From Acidimicrobiales bacterium (GTDB taxonomy: Bacteria; Actinomycetota; Acidimicrobiia; Acidimicrobiales; SZUA-35): DNA of 64,000 bases. Of this stretch, positions 44,780 to 53,048 are shown one piece after another. Within the stretch, counting starts at the first letter, position 1. Each line of letters opens with the position of its first letter. The notes beneath the pieces are model-generated. The model did no database searches. It saw nothing but the letters and a program-made list of their open reading frames with translations, and was not told where the DNA came from. The translations under genes were made by a program, and so were the position numbers. Location of the stretch: the NCBI GenBank assembly GCA_965216685.1, contig OZ244195.1:4896673-4960672 (forward strand). The letters are read 5' to 3'.

Positions 44780-45741
44780 CAGCGGGCCGGACCACAGCCA
44801 TCGAATCGGGACGGATTCGACGGCTCCGGGAGGAGCTCGACGAGCTCGACCCGTCGATCCTGGTCGGTCTCGACGATCCCCGGCCGATGCTCGAGGAGTT
44901 GGAGTACGCCATCCGGCCCCGAATCCACGAGCGGCGGATACCCAGCTACGGAGCTATCGTCCGACCGGCGGTCAAATCCAGCCGATGGAGCGACGGCACC
45001 CGAATCAGCGTGGCCCACCGATCGGTGGAGGACCTGGCCGACTCAGCCGTCCGCCGGTTCGCCGACGGCATCACCAGTTTCGTGGTCCGGGGTCGAGCCG
45101 GGGTGAACGACCTCGTGGTCTTCGACCGCAGCGTCGGCTCGGAACGAGATCTGACGATCGTGGCCGAGGCCTCGGGAGCCACCGTGGTCCAGCGCCATCC
45201 CAACGGTGTGGTCCGGGCCGCCGGCTCATTCGGCGTGCTGCGGCTTCTCGGCTTCGACTGGCAACTGGAGCCCCCGGTCAAGCGCTGGCTCGACATCGGC
45301 TCCTGCGTGATCGATCCGCTGTCGTATGAGACGTTGAAACGCATGCTGGGCTTCGCCATTCACGACGTGGCCGCCCGCAACGTGGGAGCGACATTCGTCA
45401 TCACCCCCGAAGGCCGACTGAGCGGCATGGTGGAACGACGTTACGGTCGCCCACCCGACTTCCGCATCGACCGACCGGCCGACCTGGCCCCGCTGTATCA
45501 CGTGCTGGGCCAAGTCGACGGAGCCGCCGTCTTCGATCACACGGGGATGCTCACCGAACTCGGGGTGCGATTGATTCCCTCGGCCGCGGCTGAGGATCAG
45601 GTCGAGCCCTTCGGCGGTACCCGCCACACCTCGGCCCTCCGCTACAGCCATGACGACCCCCAGGCCACCCTGATCGTCATTTCCGAGGACGGGCCGGTGT
45701 CGGTCATGCGGGCCGGCAAGCGGCTGGGTCAATCGGGCTAG
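44776..45741 (+). CDS. Diadenylate-cyclase (DAC/DisA_N) domain protein with an uncharacterised N-terminal half.
   Basis: ATGA overlap with the DUF1801 gene. The C-terminal ~130 aa carry the DAC pattern with DisA-like spacing: NVGATFVIT, QVDGAAVFDHTG (DGA), GGTRHTSALRYS (RHR position reads RHT), and ATLIVISEDGPVSVM. Confidence 0.7.
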   Translation: MTAGRTTAIESGRIRRLREELDELDPSILVGLDDPRPMLEELEYAIRPRIHERRIPSYGAIVRPAVKSSRWSDGTRISVAHRSVEDLADSAVRRFADGITSFVVRGRAGVNDLVVFDRSVGSERDLTIVAEASGATVVQRHPNGVVRAAGSFGVLRLLGFDWQLEPPVKRWLDIGSCVIDPLSYETLKRMLGFAIHDVAARNVGATFVITPEGRLSGMVERRYGRPPDFRIDRPADLAPLYHVLGQVDGAAVFDHTGMLTELGVRLIPSAAAEDQVEPFGGTRHTSALRYSHDDPQATLIVISEDGPVSVMRAGKRLGQSG

Positions 45742-45747
45742 CAGTTT

Positions 45748-46314
45748 CTAAGCGGCTTGGGACACCCGGATCAGGGTGGGGTTGGCCAGCATATCGAACA
45801 CGGCGCTCCGCTTGCACGAGGCCTGGACCAGCGCTTCCAGTTCCTCGGCCGTTCCGTCACCGTCGATGTCGACCGAGACGTCGATCGATTGATAGCCGTT
45901 ACGGACGTCTCCGTCGATACCGAGTACGCCCCGCACGTCGATGGTGCCCCGGACGACGGTGTCGATCGACCTGAGCTCGACGCCACGGTTGGCCGCCGTG
46001 GTGGCGACCCCGGCGACAATACAGCCGGCCAGAGCGTGCAGGACATACTCCTGGGGGGTGGGCCCGTGGCCGTGGCCCAGGGTCGGATGGTCGGCGCCGA
46101 AGCTGAACTCCTGGACGTGGAGATGGCCGCCACCGGCGCCGTACCACTCGTGGATGGTGGAACGGGAACCGGTTCCCTCGATCCAGGTGTTGCGGGCCGT
46201 GAATCGGAACTCGGCCAGCTCGGGGTTCTCGGTGACCTTGGCGATGGTGCCCCGGAGCTTGTCGACGGGGACGCCGTTGAACTCGTTGACGGCAGTGGTC
46301 GTGGCGGTTGTCAT
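45748..46314 (-). CDS. OsmC/Ohr-family peroxiredoxin-like protein.
   Basis: Trimmed to MTTATTTAVNEF. Motifs: GPTPQEYVLHALAGCIVAG and LVQASCKRSAVFDML (paired Cys). Confidence 0.8.
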   Translation of the reverse strand: MTTATTTAVNEFNGVPVDKLRGTIAKVTENPELAEFRFTARNTWIEGTGSRSTIHEWYGAGGGHLHVQEFSFGADHPTLGHGHGPTPQEYVLHALAGCIVAGVATTAANRGVELRSIDTVVRGTIDVRGVLGIDGDVRNGYQSIDVSVDIDGDGTAEELEALVQASCKRSAVFDMLANPTLIRVSQAA

Positions 46315-46422
46315 GTCGGAATCCTTCTTCGTGAGTTTCTGTCGGTTTGTCTGTATGACAGTCATCGTCGACGAAGTCGGGCTTCAGAACTTGGAGAGGA
46401 TGTGGAGAGTGTCTGAAGATCG

Positions 46423-46782
46423 TCACTCCACCGGTTCGAGCCGGACGTGAAGTTCGGCGATGCGACCGTTGACGAAGCGGTACTCGTCCCGGCCTCGCAT
46501 GGGGCCGGGGAAGGCGGCCGAGCGGCACTCCCAGGTGGCCTCCGCCCGGTCGTCGTTGACCGACACCGACAGAACATCCAACTCCAGATCCGGCGGATTG
46601 AACGCCCATCCGGCCTGCAGGCGCTCCCGGATGGCATCCACCCCCACCGACGGTTCAGCCGACTCACCGAACGGGTCGCTGTACACGGCGTCGGCGGCGA
46701 ACAGCGCCATGATCTGTTCCTCGGCCTCGGCCCCGACCCGCATGGCGGCGTAGTAGTCAGCGATCAATTGGTCATGTTCCAT
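46423..46782 (-). CDS. NTF2/SnoaL-like small protein.
   Basis: 119 aa; LIADYYAAMR...FAADAVYSDPFG... Confidence 0.6.
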   Translation of the reverse strand: MEHDQLIADYYAAMRVGAEAEEQIMALFAADAVYSDPFGESAEPSVGVDAIRERLQAGWAFNPPDLELDVLSVSVNDDRAEATWECRSAAFPGPMRGRDEYRFVNGRIAELHVRLEPVE

Positions 46783-46808
46783 CAGGTTGTCTCCGGTACG
46801 GTGTTCCC

Positions 46809-47231
46809 ATGGTGGCAGAGAACGACGGGGCGGGCTCGGCGGCGGTGGAACGCCTGATCGACGTTCTGGTCGACGGCGATCGTCTCCCGACGGCGGAGAT
46901 CACCGCCCTCCAGCGGAGCGGGCACGACATCCGGGTGGAACGGGCCGATGATCGGGTGGTGGCGGTTGTGGGGCGACGGCCCGACGACCGACTACGCCGC
47001 CTGACCCGGCGGGAACGAGACGTGGCCGCCCGCCTCGCGGTGGGCGACAGCAACCGCCAGGCGGCCCGGGCGTTGGGCATCACCCTGGCCACGGTCAAGG
47101 ACCACGTCCACGCCATCTTGTCCAAGACCGGTTTTCAATCCCGATCCGAGCTGATTGCCGCCTGGTACGGCGGCCTCCCGTCGACTAATGAAGCGGTTAC
47201 AGGCCGGTGCTCCAACGGGGAACGGCCATAG
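46809..47231 (+). CDS. LuxR-family HTH transcriptional regulator (no receiver domain).
   Basis: C-terminal LTRRERDVAARLAVGDSNRQAARALGITLATVKDHVHAILSKTG. Confidence 0.75.
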   Translation: MVAENDGAGSAAVERLIDVLVDGDRLPTAEITALQRSGHDIRVERADDRVVAVVGRRPDDRLRRLTRRERDVAARLAVGDSNRQAARALGITLATVKDHVHAILSKTGFQSRSELIAAWYGGLPSTNEAVTGRCSNGERP

Positions 47232-47505
47232 TCACCTCGGGTTCACCGGCCAGCAGGGGCATGGCCTCGGCCATGTAGGCGCCAAACCAGTCGGCACCGG
47301 CGTTGGCCCCCAGGGCGTCGCCGTGGCGGTAGATCTCGAACAGCACGACGACATCGGGATTCTGCTGATCGGCGCACCAGACGACGACCTCCTGATCTTC
47401 GTTGGCCTCGGCCCGCGGAGCCAGGTGTTCCTGGTAGAGCCGATACAGGTCGTCGCGCTTGCCCGGCGCGGCCGTTGACTTGATGATCACTGCAACCTTG
47501 TCCAT
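47197..47505 (-). CDS. Antibiotic-biosynthesis-monooxygenase (ABM) domain protein.
   Basis: Only the last 102 codons of ORF 47197..48468 are credible (MDKVAVIIKSTAAPGKRDDLYRLY...VVLFEIYRHGDAL). The remainder is antisense to acdS. Confidence 0.65.
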   Translation of the reverse strand: MDKVAVIIKSTAAPGKRDDLYRLYQEHLAPRAEANEDQEVVVWCADQQNPDVVVLFEIYRHGDALGANAGADWFGAYMAEAMPLLAGEPEVTMAVPRWSTGL

Positions 47506-47625
47506 AGCCTGCGACGGTAGCCACCATCGGCACTGGGGAAAATCCATCCTTCGATGGATGCCGACCGGCCTGACCGGCAACTTGCCCGGGAGGTAAGGTC
47601 GGGGCATGATCACTGGAGTGAACCG

Positions 47626-48669
47626 ATGAGCCTCGACGATTTCCGGCGCGAACCGCTGCTGTTCGGACCGTCGCCCGTCCATCCCCTGCCCCGCCTCTCG
47701 GAGGCATTGGGAGGCTCGGTTGAGATCTGGGCCAAGCGGGAGGACTGCAACTCCGGTATCGCCTTCGGGGGCAACAAGGTCCGCAAGCTGGAGTATCTGG
47801 CGGCCGAAGCGATCGACACCGGCTGCAACACGCTGGTGTCGATTGGCGGAATCCAATCGAACCACACCCGCCAGGTGACCGGGGTGGCCTGCAAGCTCGG
47901 GCTGAGGGCCGTCACCGTGCAGGAGGGTTGGGTCGACTACAACGACATGTGTTACGACAAGGTGGGCAACATCCAACTGACTCGGATCATGGGCGGCGAC
48001 CCCCGCATCGATCCGGCCGGATTCGACATCGGAATCCGTGACTCCTGGAAACGGGCCCTCGACTCGGTCACCGAAGCCGGAGGCAAGCCCTACGCCATTC
48101 CGGCCGGGGCGTCCGATCACCCGCTGGGCGGCCTGGGGTTCGCCAACTGGGCCCGCGAACTGGCCGGGCAGGAGGAAGAGCTGGGAACGTTCTTCGACAC
48201 GATCATCGTGTGCACCGTCACCGGTTCGACCCACGCCGGCATGATCGCCGGTTTCGCTCTGGAAGACGGCCACAATCGCCGGGTCATCGGTATCGACGCC
48301 TCGGCCACCCGGGACCAGACCGTCGAGCAGGTGACCCGCATCGCCACTCAGACGGCGGAGAAGATCGGCGTCGGGCGACCGCTCAGAGACGACGAGATCA
48401 CGGTGGTGGCCGGATACGAGGGCCCGGCCTACGGTGTGCCCGACGCCGCCACCGTCGAGGCCATCCATCTGGCCGCCCGGACCGAAGGGATGCTGACCGA
48501 TCCGGTCTATGAGGGAAAGTCGATGGCCGGGCTGATCGGCATGATCCGCTCAGGCGAGATTCCCCCCGGGTCCCGGGTGCTCTACGCCCACCTCGGAGGT
48601 CAGCCGGCACTGCCGGCCTACGCCGGCTTTCCCGGCCTCGGCACACCGCAACGGGAGTTGAGCCACTAG
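47626..48669 (+). CDS. acdS: 1-aminocyclopropane-1-carboxylate deaminase (PLP, tryptophan-synthase-beta fold).
   Basis: Trimmed to MSLDDF. PLP Lys motif is [11 protein letters not shown]. Other motif: [11 protein letters not shown]. The discriminating residues Tyr-Glu in DPVYEGKS and Leu in YAHLGG favour ACC deaminase over D-cysteine desulfhydrase (signature recalled from the literature). Confidence 0.75.
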   Translation: MSLDDFRREPLLFGPSPVHPLPRLSEALGGSVEIWAKREDCNSGIAFGGNKVRKLEYLAAEAIDTGCNTLVSIGGIQSNHTRQVTGVACKLGLRAVTVQEGWVDYNDMCYDKVGNIQLTRIMGGDPRIDPAGFDIGIRDSWKRALDSVTEAGGKPYAIPAGASDHPLGGLGFANWARELAGQEEELGTFFDTIIVCTVTGSTHAGMIAGFALEDGHNRRVIGIDASATRDQTVEQVTRIATQTAEKIGVGRPLRDDEITVVAGYEGPAYGVPDAATVEAIHLAARTEGMLTDPVYEGKSMAGLIGMIRSGEIPPGSRVLYAHLGGQPALPAYAGFPGLGTPQRELSH

Positions 48670-48723
48670 GTCGAGGTGCTCCGCCCCGCCTCCGGGCCGG
48701 ACTCCCACCGACAGTCTCGCCAT

Positions 48724-48764
48724 CTGGGGTTCCAGGGGGTCGGAAGCGACCCCTGGAACCCCCA
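48724..48764. terminator. Hairpin between the convergent acdS and VIT1 genes.
   Basis: CTGGGGTTCCAGGGGGTCG-gaag-CGACCCCTGGAACCCCCAG forms a stem of about 18 bp with slippage in the G/C runs. Confidence 0.55.
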
Positions 48765-48797
48765 GTACGGACGGGAGGGGAAGGGCCGGGCTCGGCG

Positions 48798-49604
48798 TCA
48801 GGCGACCACGGTTCCGAACAGGTTGCCGATGCCGTAGGTGACGATGGAGGCGGCCAGCACAATGGCCAGCTGACGAAGGGCACCGGGAACGGCTGATCGT
48901 CCGGCTGATCGGCTGACCCAGCCGCCCACAATCAAACTGGCCAAGGCAGTGGCGGACACCGAGATGGCGATGGCGGCGGCCCCGCTCGTGATGAACCACG
49001 GAGCCAGTGGCACGATGGCGCCCACGGTGAACAGACCGAACGACGACACGGCGGCCACCGTTGGAGACCCGACCTCGTCGGGATCGAACCCGAAGACGGT
49101 GCGGGCCGTGAAGTCGATGAACCGCTGACTCTCCAGCGGCAGCTCGGTGGAGACTCGCTGGGCGGTGTCGGTGGCCAGTCCGCTGTCCTCCAGCTTGGAG
49201 GTCAGCTCATCGAGCAGTAGACCCGGGTTCCGGCGGGCCAGTCGGTGCATCTCCTCGACGATGCCTTCGAACAACTCGACCTGGCTGCGAACCGAGATCC
49301 ACTCGCCGGCGGCCATGGAGAAGGCCCCGGCAATGAGACTGGCCAGGCCGGCCAGCCGTACCTCGGCCACTCCCGAGGATGCGCCGGCCACGGCCAGGAT
49401 CAAGCAGACATTGGTGACGAGGCCGTCGTTCACTCCCAGCACCGCGGCCCGGGCTGCTCCTCGGGTGACCGAGGTGACCCGTTCTTGCAGGTGCCGGGCG
49501 TCTGACGCCCCATCGTCGACGTGGGGTCGGGCGGTGGTGGTGTAGGGCTGATTGGTGCCAGCCGGTTCCGCCACGGTTGGCTCAGTCACCGTCGGTTCAG
49601 ACAT
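48798..49604 (-). CDS. VIT1/CCC1-family Fe/Mn transporter.
   Basis: AAVLGVNDGLVTNVCLILAVAG, SMAAGEWISV, and C-terminal TM cluster. ATG 49604 overlaps the peroxiredoxin stop by 8 nt (ATGTCTGA). The N-terminus has a TVTEP/TVAEP duplication. Confidence 0.8.
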   Translation of the reverse strand: MSEPTVTEPTVAEPAGTNQPYTTTARPHVDDGASDARHLQERVTSVTRGAARAAVLGVNDGLVTNVCLILAVAGASSGVAEVRLAGLASLIAGAFSMAAGEWISVRSQVELFEGIVEEMHRLARRNPGLLLDELTSKLEDSGLATDTAQRVSTELPLESQRFIDFTARTVFGFDPDEVGSPTVAAVSSFGLFTVGAIVPLAPWFITSGAAAIAISVSATALASLIVGGWVSRSAGRSAVPGALRQLAIVLAASIVTYGIGNLFGTVVA

Positions 49605-50079
49605 TGTCGGTTGGCCGCCCGCCCATTGCCTGCTCGACATCGGCTACCACTGCGTCGGCATGGCGGGCCACGTCGGTCACGTCGTAGGCCCGGCGAATAA
49701 TCCCCTCGGGATCGATCAGATAGCTGTGGCGACGGGCGAAGGCGGCAAACTTGTCGGTTGGAAGTCGGGCCACGTCATAGGCCAGACCGGCCGAATGGTC
49801 GACATCGCTGAGCAGACGAAACGGGAAGCTCTGGGCCAGGGCGAACGCCCGGTTCTCTTCGGGTGGGTCGAACGAGGCGCCGAGGACGACCACGCCCAAC
49901 TCGTCCAGACGATCGGACCTGTCACGCAGGGCCTGCCCTTCGATCGTTCAACCCGGTGTGGCCGCCTTCGGGTACCACCACAACAGCACCCACTGGCCGC
50001 GCAGATCGGCCAGGCGAACGGTGTCACCGTTCTGGTCGGGGAGCTCAAACTGGGGCGCTGGTTGTCCTGGTGTCAGCAT
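49597..50079 (-). CDS. PrxQ/BCP-type peroxiredoxin with in-frame TGA at the peroxidatic Cys position (candidate selenoprotein, otherwise a pseudogene).
   Basis: ORFs 49948..50139 and 49597..49899 are in the same frame, separated only by TGA 49948-49950. The joined product reads MLTPGQPAPQFELPDQNGDTVRLADLRGQWVLLWWYPKAATPG-U-TIEGQALRDRSDRLDELGVVVLGASFDPPEENRAF...RHSYLIDPEG. An alternative GTG start lies at 50139. Confidence 0.65.
49909..49947 (-). promoter_or_regulatory. Candidate bacterial SECIS-like stem-loop directly 3' of the in-frame UGA.
   Basis: In the mRNA, ACGAUCG (+4..+10) pairs with CGAUCGU (+36..+42). The upper stem is GCCCUG/CAGGUC with one mismatch, and the apical loop is CGUGA. 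Folded by hand only. Confidence 0.4.
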
Positions 50080-50135
50080 GTGCCATCGGGGTCGGAAGCA
50101 GGGGCCTCGGATTCTACCGCCGGGCCTCCACTGGT

Positions 50136-50993
50136 TCACCCTCGACGTCGGGCCAGCCGGGCGGCCTCGGCCACGGCTTCCAGGGCCTCGCCGTCGTGGG
50201 GGTCGTGGAGTGCTATCAGCAGCTGATCAACCCCGCAGTCGGCCAGCTCGGCCATCTTCTGGGCCGCATCGTCGGGTGTTCCGATCAGGGCCCGCTCGAA
50301 GACCCGATCCAGGTCCTCTCCTGCTCGTTCCTCTCGTACCCGACTGAGCAGCTTGTCGACATTGCCGCCGTCGAGGGCGACAAAGCCGTCGATCTCCAGT
50401 GATGTCGGCAGGCGACGTTGGTGACCGGTCAGCCGGCGCATTCGCTCGAACTGCTCGGTGAACTCGGCAGGGGTGCAGAACGACGTCTCCCACCGATCGG
50501 CCCACCTCGCGGCCAGCGCCACGGCCCGTGCTCCCCGGGCGGCGACGGTGACCGGTAACGGTGCACCATCGCCGCCCAGTGAGGTCCACAACCGCGGGAG
50601 CTCGCTCAGCGCCGTTTCCAGATCGTCGAGACGCCGGCCGTAGTCGGGATACTCGACTCCGTAGGGCTCCCACCACCGCCGGGCGGCCGGGGCGGCGGCA
50701 CCGGCTCCGGTGCGCAGATCGACCCTGGTACCGGCGATGGCGGCCACCGTGGCCGCCTGCTTGGCCAACAGCAACAGGCTGCGATACGAAGGCAGGATGT
50801 TGGTTATGACCGGACCGAGTCGAATGTGTTCGGTCGAGGCGGCCAGCCCGGCCAGGGTGGTCCAGCAGTCGAGGTTGAGTCCGTGGGGTGACTCGCCGTA
50901 GTAGAGGGCGTCAATGCCGAGCGACTCGGCCCGCCGGCAGGTGGCCAGCACCTGATCGAACCGGGCCGACCACACCTCCAGCGCGATTCTCAT
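50136..50993 (-). CDS. LLM-class (luciferase-like) flavin/F420-dependent oxidoreductase.
   Basis: GIDALYYGESPHG, LGPVITNILPSYRS, TIM-barrel LLM pattern. ATGA overlap with the upstream GNAT gene. Confidence 0.75.
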   Translation of the reverse strand: MRIALEVWSARFDQVLATCRRAESLGIDALYYGESPHGLNLDCWTTLAGLAASTEHIRLGPVITNILPSYRSLLLLAKQAATVAAIAGTRVDLRTGAGAAAPAARRWWEPYGVEYPDYGRRLDDLETALSELPRLWTSLGGDGAPLPVTVAARGARAVALAARWADRWETSFCTPAEFTEQFERMRRLTGHQRRLPTSLEIDGFVALDGGNVDKLLSRVREERAGEDLDRVFERALIGTPDDAAQKMAELADCGVDQLLIALHDPHDGEALEAVAEAARLARRRG

Positions 50994-51535
50994 TGCCGGG
51001 CGACAATCGGGAGTAGTTCGATCGCAGGTTCCGGCTCGGGGTCGTCGGCCAGTCGAGCATGGCTCTCGGTGTCGTAGCGGACTCCGTCGTACTCGAGTTT
51101 GGCCCGTTGCCGGCCCTCGACGGCGAAACCGGCCCGGCGGGCCACGGCGCAGGAGGCTGGGTTGTTCGTCCGGTGACCCAGCTCGAGGCGGTAGAGGCCG
51201 CGCTCGAAGGCACTACTGGCGGCCGTGGCCAAGGACCGGGTGGCCAGTCCCCGGCCCCGAGCCTCGGCGATCAACCAGTACCAGCACCATCCGGTTCGGT
51301 GGGTCAGGTTCACCCAGGTCACGCCAACGCATCCAACAGCATGGCCGTCGACCTCGATCGCCCAGACCCACCCGCCGCCTCGTTCCTCCTGAGTAACCCA
51401 CTGGTCGAGCAGCCGCTCGGCGTCGGCCGGGGTGGCCAACGGACCCACCTGTTCGATCAGATCGGGGTTGTCGGCCGACGCCGACATGAGAAACGGGGCG
51501 TCGGCGGCGGTCCACGGCCGCATGATCTCAGACAT
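50990..51535 (-). CDS. GNAT-family N-acetyltransferase (RimJ/RimL-like).
   Basis: WAIEVDGHAVGCVGV, WYWLIAEARGRGLATRSL, NNPASCAVARRAGFAVEG. Confidence 0.8.
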   Translation of the reverse strand: MSEIMRPWTAADAPFLMSASADNPDLIEQVGPLATPADAERLLDQWVTQEERGGGWVWAIEVDGHAVGCVGVTWVNLTHRTGWCWYWLIAEARGRGLATRSLATAASSAFERGLYRLELGHRTNNPASCAVARRAGFAVEGRQRAKLEYDGVRYDTESHARLADDPEPEPAIELLPIVARQ

Positions 51536-51568
51536 CGACCACCAGTTTGGCCCAGGTTCGGCCCGCCG

Positions 51569-51724
51569 TCAGCCCTCGCCGCTGTCGAGTGGTGCGTTAC
51601 GCAACACGGCTCTCATGGCGTCGAGCAGGTGCAGGGCTTCCTCCCGGGTCAGGACGCCGTTGCCGGTGTTGGCCGGCAACATGGCAACTGAACGGCGCAG
51701 GCCCTCCAGTTGATGGGGGTTCAT
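51569..51724 (-). CDS. Unlisted 51-aa ORF, hypothetical protein.
   Basis: Below the 60-aa ORF-track cut-off. Sequence is MNPHQLEGLRRSVAMLPANTGNGVLTREEALHLLDAMRAVLRNAPLDSGEG. AGGAG lies about 11 nt upstream. It sits 33 nt upstream of the GNAT gene on the same strand. Confidence 0.35.
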   Translation of the reverse strand: MNPHQLEGLRRSVAMLPANTGNGVLTREEALHLLDAMRAVLRNAPLDSGEG

Positions 51725-51821
51725 CAGATCAGTGTCTCCTAGCATCTGGCCAAGCTACATCGAACAAATGTTTGGAGACAAGGGGTAAAACGTCACAGCT
51801 GGGCGGAGCCCGACCGCACGA

Positions 51822-52217
51822 TCACTCTTCGGCCGTCGCCTCGATCTCGAACATCAACGAAGGCAGGGCAAGTCGAGACACACCGAGTAACGTCATCGGC
51901 GGCGCCGCCCCAAGCGGACCGAATCGGCTGCCGATGACGTCGAAGTTTTCCAATGCCTCGTCGACGTCGGTGACGAAGACGGCCAGCCGGGTTACGTTGG
52001 CCAGACCCATGTCGGCGGCTCTGAGCACGGTCTCGAGGTTGTCGAGAGCAAGGGTGATCTGGGCTCGCATGTCACCATCGTGTTGCGGATTGCCGTCGGC
52101 GTCGACCGAGGTCTGGCCGGCACACGTCACTCGACGGGTGGTCCCCTCGACAATCTCTGCTTGGTTGTATCCGAACCGCAGCGACCACGGCCACGGATTG
52201 ACGAGCGTTCGATTCAT
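51822..52217 (-). CDS. RidA/YjgF-family protein.
   Basis: CAGQTSVDADGN, QITLALDNLETVL, VTRLAVFVTD, MFEIEATA. Confidence 0.8.
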   Translation of the reverse strand: MNRTLVNPWPWSLRFGYNQAEIVEGTTRRVTCAGQTSVDADGNPQHDGDMRAQITLALDNLETVLRAADMGLANVTRLAVFVTDVDEALENFDVIGSRFGPLGAAPPMTLLGVSRLALPSLMFEIEATAEE

Positions 52218-52264
52218 CGTCGTCCCCTTCGTATTGTTGGACGGTTCACGGTAGACGATATTGA

Positions 52265-52279
52265 TGACAGAATCTGTCA
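52265..52279. promoter_or_regulatory. Palindrome in the RidA / WYL-regulator divergent region.
   Basis: TGACAG-aat-CTGTCA, with imperfect outer extension (ACGATA...TAATCGT). Confidence 0.45.
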
Positions 52280-52298
52280 GTAATCGTCATATGCTGGA

Positions 52299-53027
52299 GT
52301 GGTGAGGCCGGCAGAACGCCATCATGAACTGATTCGGCTGCTGCGGCTGCGGGCCGACTGGCGTACAGAGGATCTGGCCCGGGAACTGCATGTGTCCACT
52401 CGCACCATCTTGCGAGACCTCGATCGACTTCGTGGTCGAGGATTCGAGATCTCGTCGATGTCGGGGCCGGGCGGAGGAGTCCACCTCGAGCCAACATCGG
52501 TTCTCGTGACCCCACAACTCGACGGAGACGACGTCGTCGCCCTGATCCTGTCGGCTGCCATCGCCCAAGCTTTCCCGTGGATCCCGTTCGCATCAGGAGC
52601 GCAGTCGGCCCTGGCGAAGATAGAGGCCTCGTTGCCGTATGAACGAGCACGCCAGGTCCAGGCTCTCATGATGCGCATCCTTGTCGGCGAACCAGCACCG
52701 GCATCGGTGCGACAGCAGCGCACTGTCAACCCCTTTCTGGCCCGACTCTTCGAGCTGGCCTTCAGTGAGGATCGCCTGCTGACATTCGAGTATCAGGACC
52801 GCAGCGGTAGAAAATCGCGCCGTGTCGTCGAACCCCACGGCCTGCTGGTCCGGGCACCAATATGGTATGTGATCGCATGGGACACCACGGTCGACGAATC
52901 TCGGCTCTTCCGGGCCGACCGTATTCGGTCACCCCATGTGATGACGCAGCAGTTCCGGCCCAGACCACACGAAGTCATACGAGGGATCTGCCCTGATGCT
53001 CGCCCGGTGAGGACCGACAGCGGCTGA
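52299..53027 (+). CDS. YafY-type transcriptional regulator (HTH + WYL domain).
   Basis: HTH LARELHVSTRTILRDLDRLRGRGFEI. WYL region is FEYQDRSGRKSRRVVEPHGLLVRAPIWYVIAWD...RLFRADRI. Confidence 0.8.
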   Translation: MVRPAERHHELIRLLRLRADWRTEDLARELHVSTRTILRDLDRLRGRGFEISSMSGPGGGVHLEPTSVLVTPQLDGDDVVALILSAAIAQAFPWIPFASGAQSALAKIEASLPYERARQVQALMMRILVGEPAPASVRQQRTVNPFLARLFELAFSEDRLLTFEYQDRSGRKSRRVVEPHGLLVRAPIWYVIAWDTTVDESRLFRADRIRSPHVMTQQFRPRPHEVIRGICPDARPVRTDSG

Positions 53028-53048
53028 ACAGACCATTTGCGGATGTCG

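Noticed and set aside
47506-48468. Upstream 320 codons of the 423-aa minus-strand ORF 47197..48468.
   Set aside because: This part is antisense to the well-supported acdS gene. Only the last 102 codons (the ABM domain, from MDKVAV at 47505) look like a real protein.
49561-49600. 15-bp tandem duplication (TVTEP/TVAEP) at the VIT1 N-terminus as a possible variable repeat.
   Set aside because: There are only two imperfect copies, in a likely disordered N-terminal tail that also overlaps the peroxiredoxin 3' end. There is no evidence of function.
50990-51724. Small upstream ORF plus GNAT as a GNAT/RHH toxin-antitoxin pair (TacT/AtaT-like).
   Set aside because: The GNAT has the RimJ/RimL-type (Acetyltransf_3-like) pattern and is fused into a longer metabolic operon. 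The small ORF shows no RHH/DUF1778 features that I can recognise.
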